A stretch of 64,000 nucleotides of DNA from Victivallales bacterium (GCA_965228125.1 OZ245791.1:2378240-2442239); one strand, 5' to 3'. Counted from the first letter of the stretch, positions 1-9,885 are shown. Notes: generated from the sequence alone by a model not told the origin. Translations and numbers: made by a program.

Positions 1-1123
1 TCTGGCACTTGATGAAACAGGATGTTCCTTTTCCGCATTGTGTTTTTAGTTCCTGGTTCACAAATATTTCAGTTACTGTGAATGCTTCCCCTTCTTCTCC
101 GCTCTGAGGTTGAACCCTTACTCTGTCACCGATGTGAATAAAACTTGTGATTAAAGCTCTGAATCCACCATTTTTAGGTTCGATCACCCTGCCGCATTCT
201 TTGCCTGCGATCCCGAGGGCATTTGGTTCAATCATATCCTTAAATGCATCTCTGGTGTTGAATCCTTCAACCCATTTTCTGCCCAATGCGCCCTGAAGAA
301 TTTGTTTTGATTTTGAGAGCACCGAGGGCGAATCTGAATCAAGGACTGCCCTGTAAGCTGAAACGACAGTTTTTATGTAGTCGGGTTTTCTAAGGCGGCC
401 CTCAATCTTTAGTGAAGTTATTCCTATTTGTTTGTATATAGAAATGTTGTCTATTGCGCACAAATCTTTAGTAGACAGAGCGTAAATAGTTCCTGTGTCG
501 GATGTATACGGCTTTCTGCAAGGCTGTTTGCATTTGCCTCTATTGCCGCTGTAACCGCCTGTCCATGATGACAAGATACAGCTTCCTGAGATGGAACAGC
601 AGAGAGCGCCGTGAATGAAAACTTCCAGTTCGAGCGAAGAATTCCTTTTGATCTCCCTGATCTCGTCCAAAGTGATTTGGCGCTCAAGGACTACTCGTTT
701 GATACCGAGTTTTTTTGCAAAATTCACTCCGGCACTGTTGTGGATGCCCATCTGGGTCGAGGCATGGATATTCAGTGACGGGAAATAGTTTTTTATTAGG
801 TGAAGGATACCGAGATCCTGAACTATTACCGCATCTGGTTTCAGCTTTGATACTTCAAATAAACTTCTGGCTGCTTCTTCAACCTCGGATTCTTTAATCA
901 GAGTGTTAAATGTCAGATAGACTTTCTTCGAGAATTTGTGGGCGTAGGCTATCATTTTAGACATTTCTTCGAGCGTAAAATTCTCTGTTCGTTCTCTGGC
1001 GTTAAACTTTGCTAAGCCTCCATAAACGGCATCGGCTCCATAATCAATGGCTGTTATTCCTGCGGCCAGGCTTCCTGCCGGTGCGAGAAGTTCGGGTTTC
1101 TTTTTTTGAAAGGGTTTGGTCAT
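1..1123 (-). CDS. Peptidase U32 family protein (collagenase-like); 3' end lies outside the window
   Basis: Manual minus-strand translation from the ATG at 1123-1121 stays open to position 1 (MTKPFQKKKPELLAPAGSLAAGITAIDYGADAVYGG...LKIEGRLRKPDY...), which looks like a U32 protein. The start overlaps the upstream stop (TAATG). It is absent from the ORF track because it has no stop inside the window. Confidence 0.8.
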   Translation of the reverse strand, partial: MTKPFQKKKPELLAPAGSLAAGITAIDYGADAVYGGLAKFNARERTENFTLEEMSKMIAYAHKFSKKVYLTFNTLIKESEVEEAARSLFEVSKLKPDAVIVQDLGILHLIKNYFPSLNIHASTQMGIHNSAGVNFAKKLGIKRVVLERQITLDEIREIKRNSSLELEVFIHGALCCSISGSCILSSWTGGYSGNRGKCKQPCRKPYTSDTGTIYALSTKDLCAIDNISIYKQIGITSLKIEGRLRKPDYIKTVVSAYRAVLDSDSPSVLSKSKQILQGALGRKWVEGFNTRDAFKDMIEPNALGIAGKECGRVIEPKNGGFRALITSFIHIGDRVRVQPQSGEEGEAFTVTEIFVNQELKTQCGKGTSCFIKCQ

Positions 1124-2061
1124 TATATTAGTTCCTTTGATTTACACTTTGCGGTTTCCATCTGGAGGGTAGTATGAGTTATACCAAAATCCTCCTTTAG
1201 GATTTTCTCTGCATCATGAAGTAGTTTGTCAGTGTCTGAATTAATGGCGTTTATTGTCTCAATATGAGCTTCGAAATGAACGAGTTTATCAGTAAGCATC
1301 CAGAGATGGCAATGATGGATGTTGGATATTTGCGGGAGGGATTCAAGAGCTGTTTTGATGTCGTTTAAAGAGATATTATCAGGTTTGCCCATCATAAGGA
1401 TGATGAGTGCATGTTTTAGAATTTTAAAAGACTCGGCAGCGATGTAAATTGATATGGCGATAGTCAGAAGAGGGTCTAGCCAATAAATACTCCAATAATG
1501 GATGCAGACAGCCCCGAGAAGAACAGCCATGCTTGTGACCGCATCACTAAAGAGGTGAAGATAAGCAGATTTAAGGTTTAGGCTGTTTTTGGATTCAGGC
1601 CTTAGCAGTAACGCTCCGGCAATATTAGCAACAAGCCCAATAAGAGCTACGATGAACATTACTTTAGCGCCGATGGTATTTGGATGGTAAAACCTCTCGA
1701 CAGCTTCTAAAATCAGAAAAAAACTTATAATAAGCAGTGCTGAAGCATTAATTAAAGCCGCCAGGATTTCGGCTCGTTTGAATCCGAATGTAAACTCTTC
1801 TGTTTTAGATATTTTGCTTATTTTTATAGCAATATAAGATATGATGATGGCTACTGCGTCCGAGAAGTTATGAAGCGCATCGGAAATGAGTGACAAACTT
1901 CCTGAGATCAAACCTCCTATGACTTCAGCTAATCCGATTATCAGATTAAGGATGATAGTGAACCCCACTTTAAAACTGGAAGTACTTTCATCTATATGTG
2001 AATGTGTGTGGCCCTTATGGTTGTGATTGTGTTCATGGTCGTGTTGATCGTTGCAAGGCAT
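1123..2061 (-). CDS. Cation diffusion facilitator (CzcD/ZitB-like) metal efflux transporter
   Basis: His-rich N-terminus (HDHEHNHNHKGHTHSH). TM region with SLISDALHNFSDAV and HLFSDAVTS motifs typical of the CDF family. Confidence 0.85.
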   Translation of the reverse strand: MPCNDQHDHEHNHNHKGHTHSHIDESTSSFKVGFTIILNLIIGLAEVIGGLISGSLSLISDALHNFSDAVAIIISYIAIKISKISKTEEFTFGFKRAEILAALINASALLIISFFLILEAVERFYHPNTIGAKVMFIVALIGLVANIAGALLLRPESKNSLNLKSAYLHLFSDAVTSMAVLLGAVCIHYWSIYWLDPLLTIAISIYIAAESFKILKHALIILMMGKPDNISLNDIKTALESLPQISNIHHCHLWMLTDKLVHFEAHIETINAINSDTDKLLHDAEKILKEDFGITHTTLQMETAKCKSKELI

Positions 2062-2066
2062 AGTTC

Positions 2067-3833
2067 TTAATGGGTATTTTTTACGTATTTATTGATAAGT
2101 TTAATAAGTCTATCAGCTTTTATTTCACCTGCGATGGTTGCATCGTCGATTTGGTTTCCTTTGTCGTCAAGAAATACGAAGTATGGTGGAGCAAATACAT
2201 TATACTTGGCTTTCAATGCAGAGGAAGCTGCATCATTTTTTGTTATATCTGCCCTTATTGCGACAAAAGACTTAAGTTCATTTCTGACATCTAAATCCTT
2301 GAAAGTAGTTCCATCCATTTCCCTGCACGCTGTACACCAGGTAGCATAATAGTCTATGAGTACGGGTTTTTTATCTTTGATTGCCTGGTCAATGAATCCT
2401 TGAAGCTCGGATGTGCTTGTAACGACATGAAATATATCGTCTTTTTGCGGTTGAGCTACTGAAGATGGTTCTTCTAAATTTGGTTCAATCGGAACTCTTT
2501 GTCCAATTATGAAAACATTTAGGATTATAATTATTCCAGAAAGCATAACGAGGAAAGCCAGATACTTTCTGAACTTCTCCCATGCCGAACCCTTTTTGAT
2601 AGGTTCAATAGCGCCCATATAAAAACCGGCACCGATTAGAAGAATTGCCCACAAGGTATTTGTCACAGTTATAGAAACGACTCTGGAAATCAGCCATATT
2701 GCCATTGCCAGCATAATGATTCCGATAAAATAGCGAACATACACCATCCATATTCCGGCTTTGAGAAAGAGTTTTCCTCCTGTTACTCCGGCGACTATCA
2801 GAAGCACGCCCATTCCGAGGGAAAGAAAGAAGAGGGCACTTCCGCCAAGGAGTATATTACCTGTGGATGCTATGTATATGAGCGATGCTGCGAGTGGTGC
2901 GCTTATGCACGGAGAAACGACCAGGCTGCTTATTGCGCCCATAAGAAATACCCCTATATAAGTGCCTTTCTTTGTTTTTTGGGAAGCTTTGTTGAGTTTG
3001 TTCATTATTGACGATGGCAATCGGAGTTCATATAAACCGAACAAACTTAATGAAAGCAGTACGAAAATCAGACTGCACCCAAGGATTATCCAAAAGTTCT
3101 GCAATATAGACTGGACACTGTTTCCGAGCATCGCCGTGATGACCCCTGCCATGGTGTATGTAATTGCCATGCCCATAACATAGAATATTGAAAGGATTAA
3201 GGCCTTTAGTGTCTTTATATCTTTTTGCCCCATAATGATGCTGACGAGTATCGGTATCATAGGCAGTACGCAAGGGGTCAACGAAAGGAAAATCCCGAAG
3301 ACAAAAAAGCCTGCGAGAATGAGCACTATGTTGTCGCTTTCAAGCAGATTCTGAACAGAAGACAGAGTCGGAGAAGAGATTGATTTTAGTTTAGAGTCAT
3401 GAGGCGGGGCAATAGAGATGGTTTTTGTTACTGGCGGATAACAAACTGATGATTCTTTGCATCCCTGATAGTTAAACACAATATCCGTGTCGTTTTTGCC
3501 CCAGTGTTCAACGGGGATATCTACTGTCAGTTTATTTTTATAGATATCATAATTGCCTAGAACATCGCTGTGTTCAGGTATGCCTTTTGGAAGGTTTATT
3601 TTTCCTAATACCGTCCCATTGCCGTTTCCCAACGAAATAGAAATCTCGCTCTTGTACAGATGGTATCCGTCGGCAATATTCCACTGCGCCTGAATGGTTG
3701 AGCCGTTTAGCCTCCGGGCAGTAAGCTTAAATGCTTCGTCTGCAGGCAGCGGTGCGGCAGATAGAATTCCATTTAGTAAAGTGACGGCAGCCAGCAGCAA
3801 TAAAAAAGATAAATATTTTTGATTCTTAAACAT
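2067..3833 (-). CDS. dsbD: Thiol:disulfide interchange protein DsbD
   Basis: Signal peptide, N-terminal DsbD-alpha-like domain, multi-TM core with CVLPMIP, and a C-terminal thioredoxin fold with WCTAC. Confidence 0.85.
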   Translation of the reverse strand: MFKNQKYLSFLLLLAAVTLLNGILSAAPLPADEAFKLTARRLNGSTIQAQWNIADGYHLYKSEISISLGNGNGTVLGKINLPKGIPEHSDVLGNYDIYKNKLTVDIPVEHWGKNDTDIVFNYQGCKESSVCYPPVTKTISIAPPHDSKLKSISSPTLSSVQNLLESDNIVLILAGFFVFGIFLSLTPCVLPMIPILVSIIMGQKDIKTLKALILSIFYVMGMAITYTMAGVITAMLGNSVQSILQNFWIILGCSLIFVLLSLSLFGLYELRLPSSIMNKLNKASQKTKKGTYIGVFLMGAISSLVVSPCISAPLAASLIYIASTGNILLGGSALFFLSLGMGVLLIVAGVTGGKLFLKAGIWMVYVRYFIGIIMLAMAIWLISRVVSITVTNTLWAILLIGAGFYMGAIEPIKKGSAWEKFRKYLAFLVMLSGIIIILNVFIIGQRVPIEPNLEEPSSVAQPQKDDIFHVVTSTSELQGFIDQAIKDKKPVLIDYYATWCTACREMDGTTFKDLDVRNELKSFVAIRADITKNDAASSALKAKYNVFAPPYFVFLDDKGNQIDDATIAGEIKADRLIKLINKYVKNTH

Positions 3834-4017
3834 ATCGACTTTTTATAAAAAACATGAGAATAAAGCAAAAAGTTTCTTCATCTAGGATATGTCACAAGCG
3901 TAAAAAGTAAATCAAACGAAGGAATTTTGAACTTATATTCGTTCTGCGGTCTGTTAGTTTTTTGCATTATCAAATATAATTATCCAATTAAATGTTTAAG
4001 ATTAAATAAGGATTCTG

Positions 4018-5211
4018 ATGCTTAAAAAGGCTTATTTTGTATTCTCGATGTCGTTCATGATAGTAGGTACCTGTATCGGGGTAGGGTTGCTTGGTTTGCC
4101 TCTGGAAGCAGGGAAGGCAGGTTTTATTTTTTCCTTGATTGGCCTTGCTCTGTGTTGGTTCCTGATGGTTTCGACCGGATGGATAATGATTTACAGGTTG
4201 ATTAATGGCAATGCAGTAATTACTGATATGGCAAATGTTTATGACCGCGACCTTGGGGGATGGGCCAAACACCTGAACACTCTCGGATATGTACTTACGT
4301 TTTACGGGCTTATTGTTGCTCATCTATGTGGAGCTTCAATGATTTTAATAACTATCTTTCCGGGGTTGAACAGTATCCCAAACATAATGGAAATAATTAC
4401 CGTAACTTATTTTATCGTTAGCACCTTCATAGTTTTTTGCGGGATGAAGACGGTCAGCAAATTTAATTCCCTTTTTGCCGTAATGCTGTTTTTCCTTTTC
4501 TTTATGATGGTTTTCAAGGTTATACCCCATGTGTCATCAGGAAACCTTGCGCATTTTAGCATTAAGGAGTTTCCGCTTGAACTTCCTATCCTGATTACCG
4601 CATTGGGTTTTCAGCCTGTTCTACCGTCAATTTGTGCTCATTGCAAACAGGTTGGATTTGGGAAAAAGGGCTTGATTTTGATATATGCAGCGGGCACCAT
4701 TTTTATTTTTTTGGTTAACTTTATATGGCTTTTTGCAGTAATCGGCACTCTTCCGCTTACCTCTCCTGACCATGTTTCGATTATTGATGCCTTCAAACAG
4801 GGGTTGCCTGTCACTGTCCCTTTGTCCAAAGTGATAGGTTCCAACATAATAACTTTTCTCGCGATGTTTTTTAGTTTTTTTGTGATAACTACTTCTTATT
4901 TCGGCCTTGGAATTGGTTTCTTGAATTACATGAAGGATCTGTCATCCAAGTATATTAAAAGGAATATTTTTACTGACTTCATGATAACCTTCTTTATTCC
5001 TCTTCTGGTTGCTTTAATATATCCTGATGCTTTTCTTAAAATGCTGGACGTTGTGGGAGGTTTCGGTGTAGTGTTGATATTTGGTTTTCTTCCCGGGTTT
5101 CTGGCTATTAAGCGATGCAATCCTTCTTACATCAGGAAGCTTGGGGTATTTGCTATTATTGTAAGTGCAATTATCTTTTCAATAGAATTCTATCTTACCT
5201 TCATCAAATAG
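4018..5211 (+). CDS. Aromatic/hydroxy amino acid permease (HAAAP family, TyrP/Mtr/TnaB-like)
   Basis: About 11 TM segments. The N-terminal GTCIGVGLLGLPLEAGKAGF motif is typical of HAAAP transporters. Confidence 0.65.
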   Translation: MLKKAYFVFSMSFMIVGTCIGVGLLGLPLEAGKAGFIFSLIGLALCWFLMVSTGWIMIYRLINGNAVITDMANVYDRDLGGWAKHLNTLGYVLTFYGLIVAHLCGASMILITIFPGLNSIPNIMEIITVTYFIVSTFIVFCGMKTVSKFNSLFAVMLFFLFFMMVFKVIPHVSSGNLAHFSIKEFPLELPILITALGFQPVLPSICAHCKQVGFGKKGLILIYAAGTIFIFLVNFIWLFAVIGTLPLTSPDHVSIIDAFKQGLPVTVPLSKVIGSNIITFLAMFFSFFVITTSYFGLGIGFLNYMKDLSSKYIKRNIFTDFMITFFIPLLVALIYPDAFLKMLDVVGGFGVVLIFGFLPGFLAIKRCNPSYIRKLGVFAIIVSAIIFSIEFYLTFIK

Positions 5212-5243
5212 TTCTTTATATATTTAAATCCTCTTAATATTTT

Positions 5244-6239
5244 ATGACAGTGTATTCAGATGATGCCGTTATTCTTGCGCCGCTTGCCGGTTATACGGAC
5301 GTCCCTTACAGGTTATCAGCAAGAAGGCACGGTTGCTTTTATGCCTTTACGGAAATGGTTGATGTTTCATCCTTGGTTCATTCTCTTAAGAGAAGCGTGA
5401 AATTCCTAAAGAGGGATGACACTGAGAAATGGCTTGGCATTCAGTTGGTGGGCAGGAAAATTGATGAAATGTACAAGGCTGTGGAGATTGTCAACGAATA
5501 TAATTTCGATGTTCTTGATCTTAACATGGGATGTCCGACGCCAAAAGTTGCCAAGAGAGGCAAAGGGGCCGGCCTTGCCAAAGAAATAGACTTGGCCATG
5601 AGGCTTATTGATATAATGGTTAAACATTCGAAGTTTCCAGTCACGGCCAAAATCAGAATACAAGATACGGTTTGTCCCGAAAGCACTGTTTATCTGGCTA
5701 AACAGCTGGAATCGGCGGGAATTCAGGCATTAACCATCCATGGGAGGATGTATGAGGCTATTTATTCCGGACCATGTTATCCTCAGATTATTTCTGCGGT
5801 TAGAGAAAACTTAAAGATTCAGGTGATAGCAAATGGCGGGGTATTTAACAAAGAAACCTACGATGCTTTAAGAAGAGACTCAGGTTGCGGGGCTGTGATG
5901 GTTGCCAGAGGAGCTATGGGCAATCCATGGCTTTTTGAGGAAGCCAAAGGGATAGGCGACGGCTTTATAGAAACAGACGAGTTTGTTGACGAGATGCATA
6001 AACATATCTCTGATGTGGCCTCATATCACGGAGAGAAATTCGGAATGAGAATAGCCAGAAAAATTATTCTTGACTATCTTAAAGGAAGAGGCTATAGCGG
6101 AGAACTGAAATCAAGAGCATCAAAGATATCAACCATGGATGAATTTGAAATTTATCTTGATGAAGTCAGGAAGGGGCCTTCAGAGCGGTTTGTGAAACAG
6201 TACACTTTGTGGAGAACTGGCAGGGCTGTCGTCCCTTGA
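5244..6239 (+). CDS. dus: tRNA-dihydrouridine synthase
   Basis: LAPLAGYTDVPYR, DLNMGCPTPKV (catalytic Cys) and TIHGR motifs of the Dus family. Confidence 0.85.
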   Translation: MTVYSDDAVILAPLAGYTDVPYRLSARRHGCFYAFTEMVDVSSLVHSLKRSVKFLKRDDTEKWLGIQLVGRKIDEMYKAVEIVNEYNFDVLDLNMGCPTPKVAKRGKGAGLAKEIDLAMRLIDIMVKHSKFPVTAKIRIQDTVCPESTVYLAKQLESAGIQALTIHGRMYEAIYSGPCYPQIISAVRENLKIQVIANGGVFNKETYDALRRDSGCGAVMVARGAMGNPWLFEEAKGIGDGFIETDEFVDEMHKHISDVASYHGEKFGMRIARKIILDYLKGRGYSGELKSRASKISTMDEFEIYLDEVRKGPSERFVKQYTLWRTGRAVVP

Positions 6240-6443
6240 ATTTTTTCTTGAGAGTGGGTAAAAGCCCTATTTCGAGCAAAGTAGGTATCCCATATCAATC
6301 GTCACCTTGAAAATTCAGAAAAATGATGGATTTTAAGATTCAGTGTCTGATTAAGTCTGGCTCAGTCTTGGATTGAGGTTGCATCAACCAAAAGTGTTTT
6401 TATCTTTTCCGGATAATTATTATAAATTGAAAGATTATTTGTT

Positions 6444-8273
6444 TTGGCTATAGAACTTCACAATAAAGAAGAATCGCTGTACAAGGGCGCATTTAAGTCT
6501 CTTGGAGTCGTATTTGGAGATATAGGAACGAGTCCTATTTACACTCTTTCGGTTATTTTCATGCTTCTTAAACCTACTGAAGATAACATAATATCCATTT
6601 TGTCTCTGATAGTCTGGACGCTACTTACTGTCGTTACGATGAAGTATGTCTGGCTGGCTATGAGTTTGAGCAGAAGAGGAGAGGGAGGGATAGTGGTACT
6701 GCTGGACATACTCTCCTCCTATATCAAAAAAGGGCGGACACTTACATTTATTTCATTCTTGGCTTATATCGGGATTTCTTTGATGATAGGTGATGGGATT
6801 ATCACACCTGCTATTTCTATCCTTAGTGCCGTAGAGGGTATAAAGCTCATTCCAGGCGTAGCGAACATTCATCAGAGCATACTTATTTTCCTGGCGGCGG
6901 TTATAGCTATTGTTTTATTGTCATATCAGAGAAAAGGAACGGATAAGGTCGCTAAAACTTTTTCTCCGATAATGATGGTATGGTTTACGTCTTTGCTCCT
7001 TTATGGTTTGTTTCATCTTATTCAGGCTCCATGGGTTTTGAAAGCTATCAATCCTTGGTATGGAGTCTCATTCCTGTTCAATCACGGGTTTTTAGGCTTC
7101 TTTACTTTATCCGAAGTAATACTTTGCGCGACTGGCGGCGAGGCTCTTTATGCCGATATGGGACACCTGGGTAGGAAGCCGATTACTGTAGCGTGGAGCT
7201 TTGTTATGGTAGCTTTGGTGATTAACTACATGGGACAGGGAGCTTATATGCTTAAGTATCATGTTTCGCAGAATTTGCTTTTCGGAATGGTTTTCCATGA
7301 AACCAGCTTTTTATATATACCGTTTCTTGTTCTAAGTATATTAGCCACGGTTATAGCATCCCAGGCTATGATCAGCGGAATATTCTCAATAGTGTATCAG
7401 GCTATAAATCTGAGAATACTGCCGTTGATGAGAATAGATTTCACTTCTGCAAAAATTAAGGGGCAGATTTATATTTCTTCGGTCAACTGGTTTCTTCTCT
7501 TTTTTATAGTCATAATAATGCTTGAGTTTAAGGACTCGTCCAATCTTGCGGCAGCATACGGTTTAGCTGTTACAGGGGCTATGTTTCTTGCCGGTATTAT
7601 GATGGCTATGATATTCTTTATACGAAAACAGTATGTTAAACTTATATGTACGATATTTGTTACTTTTATAGTAGGCGTATTTTTGGCTTCGACCACGATG
7701 AAGATCCCTTATGGCGGGTATTGGTCAATTCTCTTGGGATGCATACCTTTAGGCATAATTATAATTTACATGAAAGGGCAGAAAAGGTTATTCAAGGTAA
7801 TGAACCCTATTCCTCTTGATAGATTCCTGATATGCTACAATGAGGCTTACAAGGAACTCTCAAAAATTAAAGGTACAGCTATTTTTCTGGTCAGGGATGA
7901 AAAGATTATTCCGCCGTACGTACTCCATACAATGATAAAAAACCAGATCATTTATGAGGATAATATTTTTGTTTCAATCGAAAGGAAAGAGGGCCCCTGG
8001 GGAATTTCATACGGTTTCAAAGATACTCTTTCTGAAGGTTTGAGGGTTTTTGAAATTAAGATGGGGTATATGGAAATAGAAGATATTGAGAAAATATTCA
8101 GAGTTTCCTGGATCAAGGAAAAGGCTATATTTTACGGCATAGAAGACATATACTCCATGAACCCTGTATGGAGAATTTTCGCAATAATGAAGATGCTTCT
8201 TCCTTCGTATGTGAGGTTTTACAATCTCCCTGCTTCAGAACTTCATGGAGTTACTACTAAAATCGATATGTGA
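6444..8273 (+). CDS. kup: KUP/HAK/KT potassium uptake transporter
   Basis: GVVFGDIGTSPIYT signature, 12 TM segments and a cytoplasmic C-terminal domain. TTG start as given in the ORF track. Confidence 0.9.
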   Translation: MAIELHNKEESLYKGAFKSLGVVFGDIGTSPIYTLSVIFMLLKPTEDNIISILSLIVWTLLTVVTMKYVWLAMSLSRRGEGGIVVLLDILSSYIKKGRTLTFISFLAYIGISLMIGDGIITPAISILSAVEGIKLIPGVANIHQSILIFLAAVIAIVLLSYQRKGTDKVAKTFSPIMMVWFTSLLLYGLFHLIQAPWVLKAINPWYGVSFLFNHGFLGFFTLSEVILCATGGEALYADMGHLGRKPITVAWSFVMVALVINYMGQGAYMLKYHVSQNLLFGMVFHETSFLYIPFLVLSILATVIASQAMISGIFSIVYQAINLRILPLMRIDFTSAKIKGQIYISSVNWFLLFFIVIIMLEFKDSSNLAAAYGLAVTGAMFLAGIMMAMIFFIRKQYVKLICTIFVTFIVGVFLASTTMKIPYGGYWSILLGCIPLGIIIIYMKGQKRLFKVMNPIPLDRFLICYNEAYKELSKIKGTAIFLVRDEKIIPPYVLHTMIKNQIIYEDNIFVSIERKEGPWGISYGFKDTLSEGLRVFEIKMGYMEIEDIEKIFRVSWIKEKAIFYGIEDIYSMNPVWRIFAIMKMLLPSYVRFYNLPASELHGVTTKIDM

Positions 8274-8316
8274 TTTTAGTATTCGTGCATGAAAAGCCGA
8301 ACAGTATTGCTTTTAT

Positions 8317-8388
8317 GTTTAACAATATGTCCACCCATCTTGTTTGAGCGGAGCGTTTTCCAGATTAAGCGCACCTGCCCTGTTAGCT
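8317..8388 (-). repeat. attC site (cassette 17, distal end of the array)
   Basis: Plus strand reads GTTTAAC (R' GTTAAAC on the minus strand) ... GAGCGGAGCGTTTTCCAGATTAAGCGCA ... GTTAGCT. It belongs to the same subfamily as the attCs at 8852 and 9206. Confidence 0.8.
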
Positions 8389-8389
8389 T

Positions 8390-8845
8390 TTATTTTATTG
8401 ATTTTTTAAATGCTTTATATTCGTTTGTCTTGTATCCCAGAGATAGATAGAATTTGTGGGCATTTGGTCTATCAGTATCTGTAATGAGCATGATATACGA
8501 GCAATTTAATTGTTCTGCTATTTCCTCAATTTTATTCATCAATGCTTTACCAATACCCAAACGACGAAATTTACTACTGACAACGACATCCTCAACAATC
8601 ATAAAAGATTTACATTTCCCAAATAACATCTGACACGAAACGCCTAATAGTGTTCCTGCAAGGATTCCATCAACTCTAGCTCCTAATAGTACATGGTTGG
8701 AATCATCTTTGACTTTTAAAAGAGTTTTCCTCATCTTATCTATTGAAGCTTCATTGTCCTGAAGTTCCTGATATAAACTTGCTAATTCCTTTAGATCGTC
8801 TTCTTTTATTTTTGCTATTTTGATTTTGTTTGATTGGTCATTCAT
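8390..8845 (-). CDS. GNAT family N-acetyltransferase (cassette 17)
   Basis: Acetyl-CoA binding motif FRRLGIGKALM and overall GNAT fold pattern. Confidence 0.8.
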   Translation of the reverse strand: MNDQSNKIKIAKIKEDDLKELASLYQELQDNEASIDKMRKTLLKVKDDSNHVLLGARVDGILAGTLLGVSCQMLFGKCKSFMIVEDVVVSSKFRRLGIGKALMNKIEEIAEQLNCSYIMLITDTDRPNAHKFYLSLGYKTNEYKAFKKSIK

Positions 8846-8851
8846 TTTTTA

Positions 8852-8923
8852 AGCTAACATTTAAGTCTCTTGTCTGGAAAAGAGCGGAGCGATTTCCATG
8901 TTAAGTGCATCTACAAGTTAATT
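8852..8923 (-). repeat. attC site (cassette 16)
   Basis: AGCTAAC ... GAGCGGAGCGATTTCCATGTTAAGTGCATCT ... GTTAATT. The left box is the exact reverse complement of GTTAGCT at 8382-8388. Confidence 0.8.
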
Positions 8924-9195
8924 CAATCTTTATGTTTCTTTAATGAGCTTTCAACCAAAGCTTCTTTATCAAAGCTTTTCCAAAATTCCTTATCTGGTCT
9001 TTGTTCTTCGGTTTTCAACTCTACCATCCTGGACAAACTTTCAATATCTTTCCTAAGTAGATTTTGAATACATTCTGGAATATGTCGTTTATGTACAATA
9101 TGGTTTTGTATGCAAAGAACACAATTGCCTCTTATGGGGCATTCTTTTTGACTACAAGGACAATTTTTATTATGAGATATATTAAAATCTTTCAT
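8923..9195 (-). CDS. Small Cys-rich protein, possibly DUF6485-like (cassette 16)
   Basis: NCPCSQKECPIRGNCVLCIQNHIVHKRHIPEC cysteine pattern. The start was moved to the internal ATG at 9195 because the longer ORF (to 9246) runs into the upstream attC. Confidence 0.45.
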   Translation of the reverse strand: MKDFNISHNKNCPCSQKECPIRGNCVLCIQNHIVHKRHIPECIQNLLRKDIESLSRMVELKTEEQRPDKEFWKSFDKEALVESSLKKHKD

Positions 9196-9205
9196 ATTAT
9201 TTTCT

Positions 9206-9276
9206 TTATAACAATTATGATTTCTTATATTTTCGCAGCGGAGCAAGAAAATATTAAGAGCATCTACTGGTTATGA
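9206..9276 (-). repeat. attC site (cassette 15)
   Basis: TTATAAC ... GCAGCGGAGCAAGAAAATATTAAGAGCATCT ... GTTATGA. Same subfamily as 8317 and 8852. Confidence 0.7.
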
Positions 9277-9280
9277 GTTT

Positions 9281-9646
9281 TTATTTAGTATGTTCCACGT
9301 ATTCAACAATTATACCGTCTGGGTGTTGGACTCGCATTTTTATTCCTTTTCGTGGTACGTCAACCGGGTTTTCTAAAATTGTAATTTTTTCGCTTAGGAA
9401 ATGATAATAGTATTCTTTTACACTATCTACTAAAAAAGTTATTTTTGTCTTTTTAAATATTTCTAAATCCTTTTCTGTGCCTGCTAATAATAAAATTGAT
9501 CCAACCATTGCCAGTTTAAGATTGATTTCAACGTAATCGAATTTCATGCTGCATTTTTCATTAAATATATTCTCGTAGAACTTGATTGTTTCATCTAACT
9601 CTGACTGGCTTATGAATATTCTTGTAAGAGATTTTATGATTTTCAT
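9281..9646 (-). CDS. VOC (glyoxalase/bleomycin-resistance fold) family protein (cassette 15)
   Basis: About 120 aa with the beta-alpha-beta-beta-beta pattern and a typical N-terminal 'I.V.DLDE.I.FYE..F' region. The assignment rests on recollection of the family only. Confidence 0.5.
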   Translation of the reverse strand: MKIIKSLTRIFISQSELDETIKFYENIFNEKCSMKFDYVEINLKLAMVGSILLLAGTEKDLEIFKKTKITFLVDSVKEYYYHFLSEKITILENPVDVPRKGIKMRVQHPDGIIVEYVEHTK

Positions 9647-9661
9647 TTATTTTATTTTTTC

Positions 9662-9718
9662 TTCTAAGATCGAATTCAGCTGCGATTAACTTTTCTGGAA
9701 ATACTTATTTTCTTAATT
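9662..9718 (-). repeat. Degenerate attC site (cassette 14)
   Basis: TTCTAAG-ATCGAATTCAGCTGCGATTAAC...CTGGAAAT...CTTAATT. It matches the AATTCAGCGG...CGCTGAAAT consensus, but both outer boxes are mutated. Confidence 0.5.
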
Positions 9719-9817
9719 TTACCAATACCATTGCATAAGAAACTCAGGCGTTTTTGCCCATGTTATCAAGTTTTGATAATCTTTGGATTTAAATTCTTTT
9801 ACTATTAAGTTCATCAT
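9719..9817 (-). pseudogene. 32-codon ORF resembling the N-terminus of a GNAT acetyltransferase (truncated cassette 14)
   Basis: Manual translation gives MMNLIVKEFKSKDYQNLITWAKTPEFLMQWYW*. It resembles GNAT N-termini (..W..d.e...qW..) but stops just before the degenerate attC. It is below the ORF-track length cutoff. Confidence 0.35.
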
Positions 9818-9829
9818 AATTTCTTTACC

Positions 9830-9885
9830 TAATAATATTAAAATTCAGCGGTATTGCTTTAGGTTTAGTGAAGTGATTGTTAGGG
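9830..9885 (-). repeat. attC site (cassette 13)
   Basis: TAATAAT-ATTAAAATTCAGCGG...GTGAAGTGATTGTTAGGG. The right box GTTAGGG overlaps the stop codon of the OsmC ORF. Confidence 0.65.

Noticed and set aside
451-897. Track ORFs 451-687 (-) and 715-897 (+)
   Set aside because: Both fall inside the uninterrupted minus-strand U32 peptidase frame that runs from 1123 to the window edge.
6240-6443. Possible riboswitch (for example a c-di-AMP ydaO-type) in the 200-nt leader of kup
   Set aside because: I could not find the G-rich ACGGGGA/CCCA-type conserved segments or a pseudo-two-fold architecture. The leader is AT-rich with only short hairpins. A cmsearch against RF00379 would settle it.
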